IMG/VR virus record: IMGVR_UViG_3300022217_000228
Coordinates: 1-64,000 of that record
Direction: 5' to 3' (one strand)
Length of the DNA stretch: 64,000 bases
Origin: a virus
Taxonomy: Duplodnaviria > Caudoviricetes
The position numbers and the translations under genes are program-made. Position 1 is the first letter of the stretch; every line of letters begins with the position of its first letter. The notes beneath the pieces were generated by a model that saw nothing but the letters and a program-made list of their open reading frames with translations, made no database searches and was not told where the DNA came from. Shown here in pieces: positions 28,742-38,764 of the stretch.

Positions 28742-31636
28742 TTAAGCAAGAACATAGTTCGTATACGATCCATCTTTATCTTTTAACTGTAATTGTATTG
28801 ATCCAGGTGATTCTATTATTTTTACAAGTTGACCAGAGACTTTTTTAGTACCTTCATCACCAAACCCTATTACTTCTGCTCCCCCAAGTTCATATGTTTT
28901 AAATTCCATTAGCTTACCTACTGACTTTTCAAGTACTTCCTTAAATTCTCCATCCAATTTTGTAGTTCGTTTTCCCCACATATCTAGATCATAATTTACA
29001 TTGTTAAAAACAAATTCCTTACTAGGAAGCTCATAGTAATACTCTGAGTCTTTAACATCATCCGGATTGCTCTCATATGCAGCAGTGAGTTTTTCGTAAT
29101 TATCTTTTGTAAGCAAGTCGGAGTATTCCTCAATTTCTATACTTTCTAGGGGGATCGTTGATGGCAATTCAGGGAGTAACTTCAGATACTCATCATATGA
29201 CTTAGGCTTTCCTGCTTTAATCCAAGCGTCTAAAGTAACATCTTCATCACCCGGAATAGTCCCATAAAATGCATCAAAGGACTCTGCTATACCTCTTTCA
29301 CCAGCCCCTCCTTCTCCAACAACATTCCCGGCATTATCGATAGTGATAGTGTCACCACTCATTATGTTTTTATACACATAGTTTTTCTGCTCATCAACTG
29401 AGTATCCCTTGTCGGCATTCTCACCAAGATATTTATTGGCATCAGCTATATTGTCGAAGGCTTGTACAAGGTTACCACTGGCATCAGTTACCTGATACGA
29501 AGGAGTAATATCAAATTCAAGCTCTCCGGTTAATCCTGCAGTAAGGGTATCTCTGATAAGCTGCTGAGTATCTTCATCAAATGATTGAAATGCCTTTGAT
29601 TCTGTTATTGCATCCCATTCCTCATCAATAGCGTTTAACTTCAATCCTTCAAACATTTCTACTGCATTCTCTTCAGTTATACCAAGATCTTCAATAAGAT
29701 TTAAACCTTCTGCAGACTTCTTAGCCTCATCCCATGTGCTAAATGTAGAGGCAAGTGTTGCTAAATCCGTCATACTCTGCGCATATCTATCTGCTCCAAC
29801 ATCCTGAATAAGCTGGTTCATATCAAATGATATTCCGGGGAACACCCCTTCAAGTACCCTTTCGGCTTCAGCAATATTCGTCGGATCCATAGTCTGCAAC
29901 AACATATTCGCACCACCCAGTGTCTTCTGCCACTGTGATTCACCGTATGGTGTGGCACCTAATATGTTCTGGAAATCATCAACAGATAAATCAAGTCCAA
30001 ATGCGTCATTAATCTGATCAAGTGATCCTCCCCTACCAACCATGTTGGATATGGAATTAACCCGTTGATCGCCAAGCTCCCCTATCAACCTGCTAATAGT
30101 TGCCTGTTGCGCCTGTCCTTCATAAGTGTAATCACGCTTTATTCCCATATATTGCTCTGCATTTAAATTCAATCCGGATGCTGTATTAGCTGCAATAAGA
30201 TCGGAACCTTGGTTAACAGCGGTAACAAATGCCTGCAGTCTATTGGAATCAACACCCAATCTCGCCGCTTCATTTCCAATATCCATCCCCTTGAGTTGTC
30301 GAGCTTTGTATTCTCGGGCAATTTCATAGTCTTCTCTTGTAGCATCAGGATATTTCTGCTGCCATGATTCGAATGAGGTAGTCTGCGCATCATCTGCCAT
30401 ACGTGTAAACTGTTGATCACCGTATTTTTCTCTCTCGAATTCTAATTGTTTTTCAGCCATCTCAAAACCAGCTTCTGCCCTTGCTTCTCCCGGTATTTGT
30501 CTGGCTGCGGTAAAAGCCCTTTCACCTTCCTGTTTCCTAAGATCACTAATAAGCTGGCTTTCCTGTGAACCTATTTGTCTGCCTAATCGTGCCGATTCTG
30601 TAGCGGCTTCGCGTCCTTGAATGCCATACTGTGCCATTTCCTGAGTTAATGCGCCCTTTGCTGCTGCAGCTTCACCGGCAAATCGTTCTCGTTCACCTGC
30701 TCGAATAGCTGCTTCTCTCGGGCTTTCAACATCAGCGTAGCGTTCTAACCGCTGCAACCCACGTTCCCGATATGGCTCGTAAATGTTTTCATCCGGAGTT
30801 GTAGCTGGAGCCTCTGCAGGAGTTGGTGTCTCAACAGGAGCAACCTCTTGTGGCTGCTCTCCATAGCTAAATGCACCACGGCGTGTACCGCTCGTTGCTG
30901 GTTGGGCTGTTGCACCAGCCGGTTCCTGTGCTTCACCGTAACTAAATGAACCCCTTCCACTTGTTGCCGTCTGAGCAGTGGGTGTTTGAACAGTGGGTTT
31001 TTGAACAGTGAGTGTTTGAGCAGGAGCTTGTGGAGCAATCTTAGGCGCCTCTCGCACAGGCATATCCGACCCAACTGGTTTAACAGTTACAGATGGCGGT
31101 GCGATTGTTCCCGGCGTCCTTGATATCGTCTGTTCCATTTGTGGTGCTATTGTTGTCGTTATAGGAGAACTTTTATTAGTAATTGCATCTATATTACTCT
31201 TTCTACTAAATCCTTCCTTGAATTCTTCGTTCGCGCTTTGATCTGAAGGAGTGTTCAGTTTCTCGCTAAATACTCTGTCTCTTGGGTGTGTAATGGTTCC
31301 ATATTGGTATCCTCTCATTCCGGATTTCTGCTCAATATCTTGCAGGTTAGCTTGTCCACCCACTTGAGATGCAGGTGTAACACTGAACTCTCCATTCTGC
31401 TCGACATCTAAGCGCTCACCCTCATGCACGGTACGCGGACCTTGATTGGTATTAAGAATACCTGTCGGTCGTTCAGGCTGCAATTGGTTATCATTGCCAT
31501 AGCCGGTGGAAAAAGAATTTTGGCCGTTAACACCGATAACTCCCAACTGATTCCAAAGCGAATTTATATTATCTCGCTGTTTGTCTTCTTCTGTTTTCTG
31601 GTTACGAGCCAGAAATGGATAGTTGCTTGTAGGCAT
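28742..31636 (-). CDS. Putative internal virion protein (964 aa)
   Basis: P/T-rich linker and helical body; position. Confidence 0.5.
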   Translation of the reverse strand: MPTSNYPFLARNQKTEEDKQRDNINSLWNQLGVIGVNGQNSFSTGYGNDNQLQPERPTGILNTNQGPRTVHEGERLDVEQNGEFSVTPASQVGGQANLQDIEQKSGMRGYQYGTITHPRDRVFSEKLNTPSDQSANEEFKEGFSRKSNIDAITNKSSPITTTIAPQMEQTISRTPGTIAPPSVTVKPVGSDMPVREAPKIAPQAPAQTLTVQKPTVQTPTAQTATSGRGSFSYGEAQEPAGATAQPATSGTRRGAFSYGEQPQEVAPVETPTPAEAPATTPDENIYEPYRERGLQRLERYADVESPREAAIRAGERERFAGEAAAAKGALTQEMAQYGIQGREAATESARLGRQIGSQESQLISDLRKQEGERAFTAARQIPGEARAEAGFEMAEKQLEFEREKYGDQQFTRMADDAQTTSFESWQQKYPDATREDYEIAREYKARQLKGMDIGNEAARLGVDSNRLQAFVTAVNQGSDLIAANTASGLNLNAEQYMGIKRDYTYEGQAQQATISRLIGELGDQRVNSISNMVGRGGSLDQINDAFGLDLSVDDFQNILGATPYGESQWQKTLGGANMLLQTMDPTNIAEAERVLEGVFPGISFDMNQLIQDVGADRYAQSMTDLATLASTFSTWDEAKKSAEGLNLIEDLGITEENAVEMFEGLKLNAIDEEWDAITESKAFQSFDEDTQQLIRDTLTAGLTGELEFDITPSYQVTDASGNLVQAFDNIADANKYLGENADKGYSVDEQKNYVYKNIMSGDTITIDNAGNVVGEGGAGERGIAESFDAFYGTIPGDEDVTLDAWIKAGKPKSYDEYLKLLPELPSTIPLESIEIEEYSDLLTKDNYEKLTAAYESNPDDVKDSEYYYELPSKEFVFNNVNYDLDMWGKRTTKLDGEFKEVLEKSVGKLMEFKTYELGGAEVIGFGDEGTKKVSGQLVKIIESPGSIQLQLKDKDGSYTNYVLA

Positions 31637-31652
31637 AAGTTACCTCATTAAT

Positions 31653-32090
31653 TTATACACCCAAAAACCATAATCTTCTTGCTTGCGTATTATCACTATA
31701 TATTCTGACATATGTATCTTCATGTGTTATACCTGCATCATATTCACCGATAGTAATATGGTTACTTTCTTTTAATATTCCTTCAATATTATCACCACCA
31801 TCGGTATTCCCGACACGAATTCCAGTATCAATAAATTTGGCAGCAATTATATGCTCTTCTCGTGATGCCGGCATTCCATCGGGTCTACGCAACACGTTTG
31901 GATCATGAGTAAGAACCCAATCCAAATATGCACTACGTGGATAATTTGTAGGTTGACGCAAAAAGGTATCTGGCTGCTCAACACGTGTTGCTGGATCATT
32001 CCTGATCTCAATTATATCGCAATATGCTGGTGCATCTTCTCTGTCTGAATCCAACCACACGTTACTTATTGGATAGCATTTAGTACACAT
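31653..32090 (-). CDS. Hypothetical virion-module protein
   Basis: GAGG RBS; colinear with the operon. Confidence 0.55.
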   Translation of the reverse strand: MCTKCYPISNVWLDSDREDAPAYCDIIEIRNDPATRVEQPDTFLRQPTNYPRSAYLDWVLTHDPNVLRRPDGMPASREEHIIAAKFIDTGIRVGNTDGGDNIEGILKESNHITIGEYDAGITHEDTYVRIYSDNTQARRLWFLGV

Positions 32091-32100
32091 AATAACCCCT

Positions 32101-32271
32101 CTATTTAGGAAACACCCATCTGTTTAATCTATCGATTTCTCTCTGCATTTCTTTCTGTTTTGCAGAGGTTTGTTTTGCAAATTCAATAAGCTGCAGGATA
32201 GCATTAGGATCACTTGGATCAATAATATCCAATTGAATGTTTTGTACTTGCAAGTCGTCTTTTGTGCTCAT
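32101..32271 (-). CDS. Small coiled-coil hypothetical protein (56 aa)
   Basis: Read by eye; fills an operon gap. Confidence 0.5.
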   Translation of the reverse strand: MSTKDDLQVQNIQLDIIDPSDPNAILQLIEFAKQTSAKQKEMQREIDRLNRWVFPK

Positions 32272-32283
32272 ATATGTGTTACT

Positions 32284-32457
32284 TTATTGTTTTGTTCCAC
32301 TATTCTTTACGGTTTTATCTTCCTTTAATTCCTCATTTTCTTTACTTAAATCAGCAATGTTTTTACATAAAAGAGAAAAAATATTATTTAATTCATCAAA
32401 ACTTCGTCTTATTTTTAATTCCAACTGATCTAAACTTACATTATTTTCAGGATTCAT
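32284..32457 (-). CDS. Small coiled-coil hypothetical protein (57 aa)
   Basis: GAGG RBS; fills an operon gap. Confidence 0.5.
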   Translation of the reverse strand: MNPENNVSLDQLELKIRRSFDELNNIFSLLCKNIADLSKENEELKEDKTVKNSGTKQ

Positions 32458-32472
32458 CTTTATACCTCTTTT

Positions 32473-33045
32473 TTAATATTGTGTTTTTATGATAATCAAA
32501 TCTCTCGCGTGAACATAATTATTAAGCCCGGATGTGATATCACAACTTTTCTCCCGTGCATATATAACAAAATTCGATTTTTCTCTCGATGATCTTATCG
32601 GAAATCTCCTATCAAGAAGGCACCCGTTTGGCTCTGAATCATTACGAGTGGATCCCCATGTCGAACCATTCTTTTTAAATGCGGATATAGTATAATCAGA
32701 TCCGTTGTGACACCCAAGCATTAGAGTGCCGGAGTCAACGAATACACCACCGGCGATCAAAATGCCATCATTACCAAATCCTTTATCTGCTGTAACAATG
32801 GTTTCTATCTCCCCGAGAGTGCCATCAGTTATTTTTACGTACTTACATTCTACACCGTTTTTATCGTTCATGTCATAAACGGTCATCAACAGCTCGTAAT
32901 CCTCTGTAATATCCAATATAGACCAGTGTGCAATAGTTGATCCATCACAAATCATCATCCCATCTGTTGATTTGTACAGCAATTTAGATGCGTGTGTCTG
33001 TATGATGATAGAACAAATGAGTAAAAGTATTTTAAGTAGCTTCAT
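32473..33045 (-). CDS. Hypothetical protein with signal peptide
   Basis: MKLLKILLLICSIIIQTHA N-terminus; GGA RBS. Confidence 0.55.
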   Translation of the reverse strand: MKLLKILLLICSIIIQTHASKLLYKSTDGMMICDGSTIAHWSILDITEDYELLMTVYDMNDKNGVECKYVKITDGTLGEIETIVTADKGFGNDGILIAGGVFVDSGTLMLGCHNGSDYTISAFKKNGSTWGSTRNDSEPNGCLLDRRFPIRSSREKSNFVIYAREKSCDITSGLNNYVHARDLIIIKTQY

Positions 33046-33058
33046 TTATTCCTTCTCT

Positions 33059-33364
33059 CTAAGTTGATGGATCTTCGTTAATTGCATCTATATACATTGC
33101 CTTTAATTCTGCCGCTATAAGATTATTCAATGTGCTGTAATTTAATACTGCGGTGTATATTTCATTGTTTGTCCATGGATCAACGCTTCCTGTGCCCAAA
33201 AAAATTAGTGGTCTTCTAATCGGGACACTTAACTCTCCATTTCCGGCATTTCCCTTGCAATGAATACGTGCTGCATGGTATAAATTGGTCTCGTGATTCT
33301 GCGCCGGTATATCAAAACGAATAGTAATATCTTTCAATTTAGTTGCCGTATAATCCTTTGGCAT
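33059..33364 (-). CDS. Hypothetical protein, possible fibre chaperone
   Basis: Directly follows the tail fibre gene. Confidence 0.5.
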   Translation of the reverse strand: MPKDYTATKLKDITIRFDIPAQNHETNLYHAARIHCKGNAGNGELSVPIRRPLIFLGTGSVDPWTNNEIYTAVLNYSTLNNLIAAELKAMYIDAINEDPST

Positions 33365-36300
33365 TAAGTACCTCCAATATGTATTACTGATAAATTGACA
33401 GCATGCACTGTAATTGTCGGTGTCCCCGCATCTGTTGTTCTTATGGCAACTTCTATTGTTGAATTATCAGCCAAATCTAGTATCGCAGAAGATCCAACGT
33501 GCTCTTCTTCACTTGCAAACTTATTTTCCACATGGCATTGACCTGCTGCATCTGCCGCTCCGGATCCGTTTATTTCAATACCTATTTCAACATGATCATT
33601 CGCTGCATCGTTTTCAAAGCAGCACGAATAGCTTACAAAAAACATACCTGGCTCTGTTACTGTTAACTCACCGCTTCCGTCATGTGTAACATTATGTAAA
33701 TTTCCATCGTTCATATCAGCATCAGAAATATTATACCATGTGTTCTGCACTGCATTGACTTGGACCCATGCGATGTGATTGCCATAACACGACCCGAAAG
33801 GAAGGCCGGCACCACCGACGAACTTCATGTCTCCATCTGATTCTATGTTGACATAATTCGTGGGGGCACCTGCCGAACTGTCGCCAATTCTCACCGATCC
33901 ATCTGCAAACATATCAAGAAAAGTATCGGCTTGTGAATATATACCTATCGCAGTATCTCTAAATGAAACCTTGGAATCAGTATCTAATAAGACAACACCT
34001 GCGCCGACAACCTTCGGATTAACAATTAAATTCGTTCCATTATAATGGATTTTTATATCTTGACCAGCACCTAAAACGAGACCGTAAGAATCAGAATCGA
34101 TTTGCACATCACCAAACAGGCGAGTAATTGTAGTTGATACGTTTCCTATAGCCGTTGTGTTGCTTCCTAAACCATCGGCACCATACCCTATTACAACTTC
34201 ATTTGTTTCGCCGTCACCGGCTGGATATGTATAAGACCCTAGAAATACCGAATCTTCACCCGAAGTATTATTTCCTCCACCAACTAGATACCTACCAGCC
34301 TGATAACCTATGCCGACATTGTGATCAGTATCTACTATCGAATACAATGCCCTACCACCTATGGCAATGTTTGCAGTGCCACTTTCTAATTCGCGCAAGG
34401 CAGTTATGCCTATTCCAAAGTTGAAACTACCATCATCGCAATCATAAAGAGCCGATCTACCTATTGCAACATTATACTCGCCGGTAGTGTTACTATATAA
34501 ACCGGCATAACCGATTGCTATGTTTGAACTTCCAGTCGTATTTGTAACCAGTGAGTCCCTACCGATTGCACAGCAGTAATTAGCTTCTGTTAAGTTAGAT
34601 AGCGCCTGGGATCCAATAGCTAAGTTATTATAACCTTTAGTTACTGAAAGTAATGCCCTGTATCCTACACCTAAATTATAAGACGAATGAGAAGTCGCTG
34701 TTGCAGTGCTCCCAGTTGTAAAATTCCCAGCATCTTCTCCAAGAAATAAATTTCTTCCATCAGGAATTGCACCGCCGCCAGTTGGGTGATGGAAATCGTG
34801 TAAAAACCTGTTACCGCCTTTGTAGATTACTCCTGTAACGGACGATGTGGTACTTACAGTATATAACGAAAGATTAAGTGAAATCCCTGAATCCGGAACG
34901 TGAGTTAATGTCACATCCTGGTCGTCTCCTAAGTAGATTACAGAGGCATCAGCAAGATAAAGGTCGGAAAATTCTAGAGAAGCTGTCCCTAATGCTGCTC
35001 CATCGGAAGCACTTGGGGATATTGTATCGGTAAACTTTACAGTTTGATCTGAATCTATCAGTACACTTACTGCACCACCAGAAAAAAGCCTGATAGTATC
35101 AGGCCATGTCGAGTCGGCGTCACCATACAACCAGATACTACCACCACTATTATAATCATCTTTTGCATTTAGAATTAATGCTTCACGGTTTGCAACAACA
35201 TAGTTCAATATCGTAGATTGACAGTTTCCCTCAAGTGTTATCACGGGGCTTGAAGACGTATCTGTAATATGAAGCAATGTGTCTGGACTTATCTCATTTA
35301 TCCCAACCCCATCGATTGTAATCCTCGCCATTTCCGTTCCGTTAAGGGTAGTTGTATTGGCCGCAGCATGAAACCTGATATTTGTAAATGCATTCATAAA
35401 TGTTGAACCACCACCGATAAACAAAGCACTCTGGGTAAGTTGTGACGAACCAACAAACCACGTGAGAGGTTCCTCTGCATTCGTATAATGTGGACTTCCT
35501 GCTCGAAAGTATTTTGATGTTAAATTTGTTCTAGTGTTCAATTGGTCGTCGGCACCAACTATAAGCCCAATAGTGCCATCACAAACATCTAACTTACCAA
35601 GTGGAGTAGCTGTAGCTATCCCTACATCACCATTGTCGAACTGGAATTCTCCAGCTCCAACCAGCTGAGAATCAAATACAAAGTTTGTTCCGTTATAACG
35701 TATTTCAGCGTCTTGTCCTGCGCCAAAAATAGCACCATATGCATCAGAATCTATCTGAATATCATAATTTGAATGGGCAGTACCAGCATTGTCAATATAA
35801 AATCTTGTAGCTGGTAGTGCGGTTGTATTTGCTGCCGTAGCAAGTATAATCTGTGTTGCCGCATTTAAACCTTCGTTCCCACCGGTTCCTATTGTAATAC
35901 TATTTGCCGCTACTGTACAATGACCCGCAATGATTCCCATTCCAGGCTCATCAGTATCATATTGAGGCATGCCTATGTGACTACGTTTAGTAACATTATC
36001 TGTTCGAGTAATAGCATTTTCATCAGCACCTATATAAAGAGTTTGCTCTCCATCAGAAACATCCAATGTGCCTAATGGGGTTGCTGTTGATACCGAAACA
36101 TTATCAACGAATAGCGTGTTTGTGTTGTAATTATACGTAAAAGCTGCTTCTGCACCCATTGCTCCAGCAAGATTATATTGAACTTCCATGTCGGCACCTG
36201 CTACTGCGGCTACTCCAGGAGCTATCCATCCTAAATTACCTGCACCATCAGTATAAATTATCTCGTTAACAGCACCATCAGCAGCGGGGAGTTGCCATAA

Positions 36301-36483
36301 GCTATTTACAATCATGCTTAACTGCTCATCCCAAGTAAGCAGTTGATTGTCAGTAGGTTGAGTGATTGTGGCTTTGGAAGATGCAAGCCTGGCGGTTATT
36401 GTTTCCAGCTCGTTTATAGTAGCTTCAATATCTTTTACGGCCCTAATCAAGTCTCGCATGTTATTTACAATTGATCTAATCAT
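33364..36483 (-). CDS. Tail fibre / receptor-binding protein (1039 aa)
   Basis: G/T/N-rich mosaic with NIAIG/NVAIG trimeric beta repeats and VGIATATPLGKLDV repeats. Confidence 0.8.
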   Translation of the reverse strand: MIRSIVNNMRDLIRAVKDIEATINELETITARLASSKATITQPTDNQLLTWDEQLSMIVNSLWQLPAADGAVNEIIYTDGAGNLGWIAPGVAAVAGADMEVQYNLAGAMGAEAAFTYNYNTNTLFVDNVSVSTATPLGTLDVSDGEQTLYIGADENAITRTDNVTKRSHIGMPQYDTDEPGMGIIAGHCTVAANSITIGTGGNEGLNAATQIILATAANTTALPATRFYIDNAGTAHSNYDIQIDSDAYGAIFGAGQDAEIRYNGTNFVFDSQLVGAGEFQFDNGDVGIATATPLGKLDVCDGTIGLIVGADDQLNTRTNLTSKYFRAGSPHYTNAEEPLTWFVGSSQLTQSALFIGGGSTFMNAFTNIRFHAAANTTTLNGTEMARITIDGVGINEISPDTLLHITDTSSSPVITLEGNCQSTILNYVVANREALILNAKDDYNSGGSIWLYGDADSTWPDTIRLFSGGAVSVLIDSDQTVKFTDTISPSASDGAALGTASLEFSDLYLADASVIYLGDDQDVTLTHVPDSGISLNLSLYTVSTTSSVTGVIYKGGNRFLHDFHHPTGGGAIPDGRNLFLGEDAGNFTTGSTATATSHSSYNLGVGYRALLSVTKGYNNLAIGSQALSNLTEANYCCAIGRDSLVTNTTGSSNIAIGYAGLYSNTTGEYNVAIGRSALYDCDDGSFNFGIGITALRELESGTANIAIGGRALYSIVDTDHNVGIGYQAGRYLVGGGNNTSGEDSVFLGSYTYPAGDGETNEVVIGYGADGLGSNTTAIGNVSTTITRLFGDVQIDSDSYGLVLGAGQDIKIHYNGTNLIVNPKVVGAGVVLLDTDSKVSFRDTAIGIYSQADTFLDMFADGSVRIGDSSAGAPTNYVNIESDGDMKFVGGAGLPFGSCYGNHIAWVQVNAVQNTWYNISDADMNDGNLHNVTHDGSGELTVTEPGMFFVSYSCCFENDAANDHVEIGIEINGSGAADAAGQCHVENKFASEEEHVGSSAILDLADNSTIEVAIRTTDAGTPTITVHAVNLSVIHIGGT

Positions 36484-36489
36484 AATAGT

Positions 36490-38763
36490 CTAATACATTG
36501 CGCACGTTGTATTGCCATGGTTTTCAATGACATCGGTATAAATAAACCGTACTGCATTCGCTGTGAGCACTGAACCGATTACCCTCGGCTCAAATCCAAT
36601 TACCTGCCCACCGAAGAAAACTATCGGACTTGCGTATGATAAATTCTGGCTCAAATATCGAGTGTTTGATATAGTGTCATTTTCATATACATCAATAACA
36701 TCACTATGCCTTACAATTGTAATCATAGTCCAGTTGGTAAGCTGCGACGTTAAAGGAACTATCCAATCATTCGTTCCATCATTCCATCGTAATTCCCATT
36801 CAGAATCAACCTGAACAAGTTGTATTGTCAAGATTGCATTACTCATTATAGTACATGGGCTTACAGGCGATCGAACCCATAACACAATGCTTAATGTTCC
36901 TGCAGGTATGCTTTCGTTAATGCTCATGCTATCGGTTGTTCCGAATGCAAGTGCAGACCTGTCATGTCCATCGGGCCCTTGTGCTACACCTGTGAAACTT
37001 CCGGTCGTTATCTGATTGCTTCCTTTATCCCACGGCATAGTATGAGAGCCGTCATCTATATTAACCAAGTCAACGCTTCTTCCAACCCAGATCAATGTAG
37101 TGCTAAGTAGTTCAACCCACGTTTTTTCACTCATCTGCTTTTCATCCGGAGCTGCTGCAGTATCTATTTCTTGATACCATTGTTCAACATCAACCAACCT
37201 CCATGGGGCACCGACCAATCTCAAACCGGATTGTATGCTCTCGTCCTCTATATGCCTGTCGGAAACTATCTGCGCCCTTCTTCGAAAATAACGCACCACT
37301 GCCCTGTCAACCGGGCTTGACTCGGTTCTGAAGTACATGCTTGCCAAGAATTCATTGGTAAATCCATGCGGACCATAACTCCCGGTATTACGCCTATCTT
37401 TAAACCATGGCTTTAAGTTTGCACTGGATTCTGAATGTCTTAACTTTGCTGTTGGACTATCTGAAGGAACGTTTTCACGGAAAAGAATATCTGATTCAAT
37501 CTGAGTGCCGCCATAGTCTTCATTCTCTCCATCAACCCAATGATCTTCTCTTCCAAGCCAATAATGTTTGAATGAGTTACAGTCAGTTACGATAACGCGT
37601 TCTTCATCTTGAACAGTGAACAACTTACATGTTCCGACAAGACCTATGGCATTTGGGTAGTCGTCTCCGTTGTATTCACTCCAACCAATACCCTGTTTCT
37701 TTTCCTGCGGTATTCCAAACCGATATATGCGAGTTGATTTTGTGACGTTTCTACCACCGGAACTATAATCGTTTTCATAAACATATATCGTTACTGAAGA
37801 CGTTGACGTGTCTCCGCCCGAATCGGTAACAGTCAACGTTACCTCATATTCACCCGGCATATCATATGTATATGTTGGATTTTGATCTGTTGAAATATTT
37901 CCGTCCCCAAAGTCCCACTCCCAATTAGTTATATGGTAAGCGTTTAGGTTGGGTGTATTTGGGACATAACCGCTTGTATCTGTAAAATCCACTTCAAGAG
38001 GAAATGCACCATATTCGGGGGAATAAGTAAAACTAGCAGTCAGTAGCCTTAATGCAGCCCACAATGGCACATAACCATCAGGAGCACCAAGAGAAAAAAG
38101 ATGGTACGTATTTTCATCAAAATCAGGCGCATCGTTATTTGAAAATTCATATGTTATATCGGTAATATTCGTATAGCTACCATCTGTAAAATCAGCTTCG
38201 TTTGCCCTGTTTGTGTATATGTTATTTACAGATATAGCACTACCGTTTCTCAGAGCATTTTCTGATACTGATATAACTGTACTGTATTCCCCTCCTCTAT
38301 CAAGAACAGCATATGCGCCTGATAGAAGATTGAATGTGCACCTTACAGGAGGATAAACTCTGAAAGTAATGTAAGTATTAGAATTTAAATTAAAATAACA
38401 ATGTTGGGCTCTGTTGATATAGATATAGTCGGCATCGCAAAATAGAATACCGTCGAAAAGGTCGGCTCTCCTATAATCGATTCTGTTTGCTCTTATCCTC
38501 CATGGGGTATTTGCTATACCACCATCTGTATATTCATTTAAATACCATGCTTGCGGATCATCAAGATCTATTTGATCATCCCATGAATACATGTAAAATA
38601 TACGATCATTTAGTATTAGATTTACTGCACCATAATCGTGGCTACCTCTTAAAAAAACGTTGTCACCAGCAAGAACTGCAGCCTGCCAATCAGAATGTCC
38701 GTAAGGATTATCTCGTGTTCCTGCCCCGGAAGCTCTGTCTAAATCAACAAATAAGTTTGCCAT
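36490..38763 (-). CDS. Tail-associated protein with PKD domain and LamG-like C-terminus
   Basis: WEWDFGDG...NPTYTYDMPGEYEVTLTVTD; WTMITIVR...VYEND. Confidence 0.7.
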   Translation of the reverse strand: MANLFVDLDRASGAGTRDNPYGHSDWQAAVLAGDNVFLRGSHDYGAVNLILNDRIFYMYSWDDQIDLDDPQAWYLNEYTDGGIANTPWRIRANRIDYRRADLFDGILFCDADYIYINRAQHCYFNLNSNTYITFRVYPPVRCTFNLLSGAYAVLDRGGEYSTVISVSENALRNGSAISVNNIYTNRANEADFTDGSYTNITDITYEFSNNDAPDFDENTYHLFSLGAPDGYVPLWAALRLLTASFTYSPEYGAFPLEVDFTDTSGYVPNTPNLNAYHITNWEWDFGDGNISTDQNPTYTYDMPGEYEVTLTVTDSGGDTSTSSVTIYVYENDYSSGGRNVTKSTRIYRFGIPQEKKQGIGWSEYNGDDYPNAIGLVGTCKLFTVQDEERVIVTDCNSFKHYWLGREDHWVDGENEDYGGTQIESDILFRENVPSDSPTAKLRHSESSANLKPWFKDRRNTGSYGPHGFTNEFLASMYFRTESSPVDRAVVRYFRRRAQIVSDRHIEDESIQSGLRLVGAPWRLVDVEQWYQEIDTAAAPDEKQMSEKTWVELLSTTLIWVGRSVDLVNIDDGSHTMPWDKGSNQITTGSFTGVAQGPDGHDRSALAFGTTDSMSINESIPAGTLSIVLWVRSPVSPCTIMSNAILTIQLVQVDSEWELRWNDGTNDWIVPLTSQLTNWTMITIVRHSDVIDVYENDTISNTRYLSQNLSYASPIVFFGGQVIGFEPRVIGSVLTANAVRFIYTDVIENHGNTTCAMY

Positions 38764-38764
38764 A

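Noticed and set aside
30970-31025. Short tandem repeat (GTGGGTGTTTGAACA-like)
   Set aside because: It encodes a P/T-rich linker in a virion protein; ordinary low complexity.
22576-33364. Endolysin or lytic transglycosylase domain
   Set aside because: No catalytic motif recognised; only holin-like small membrane ORFs at 22283-22572.
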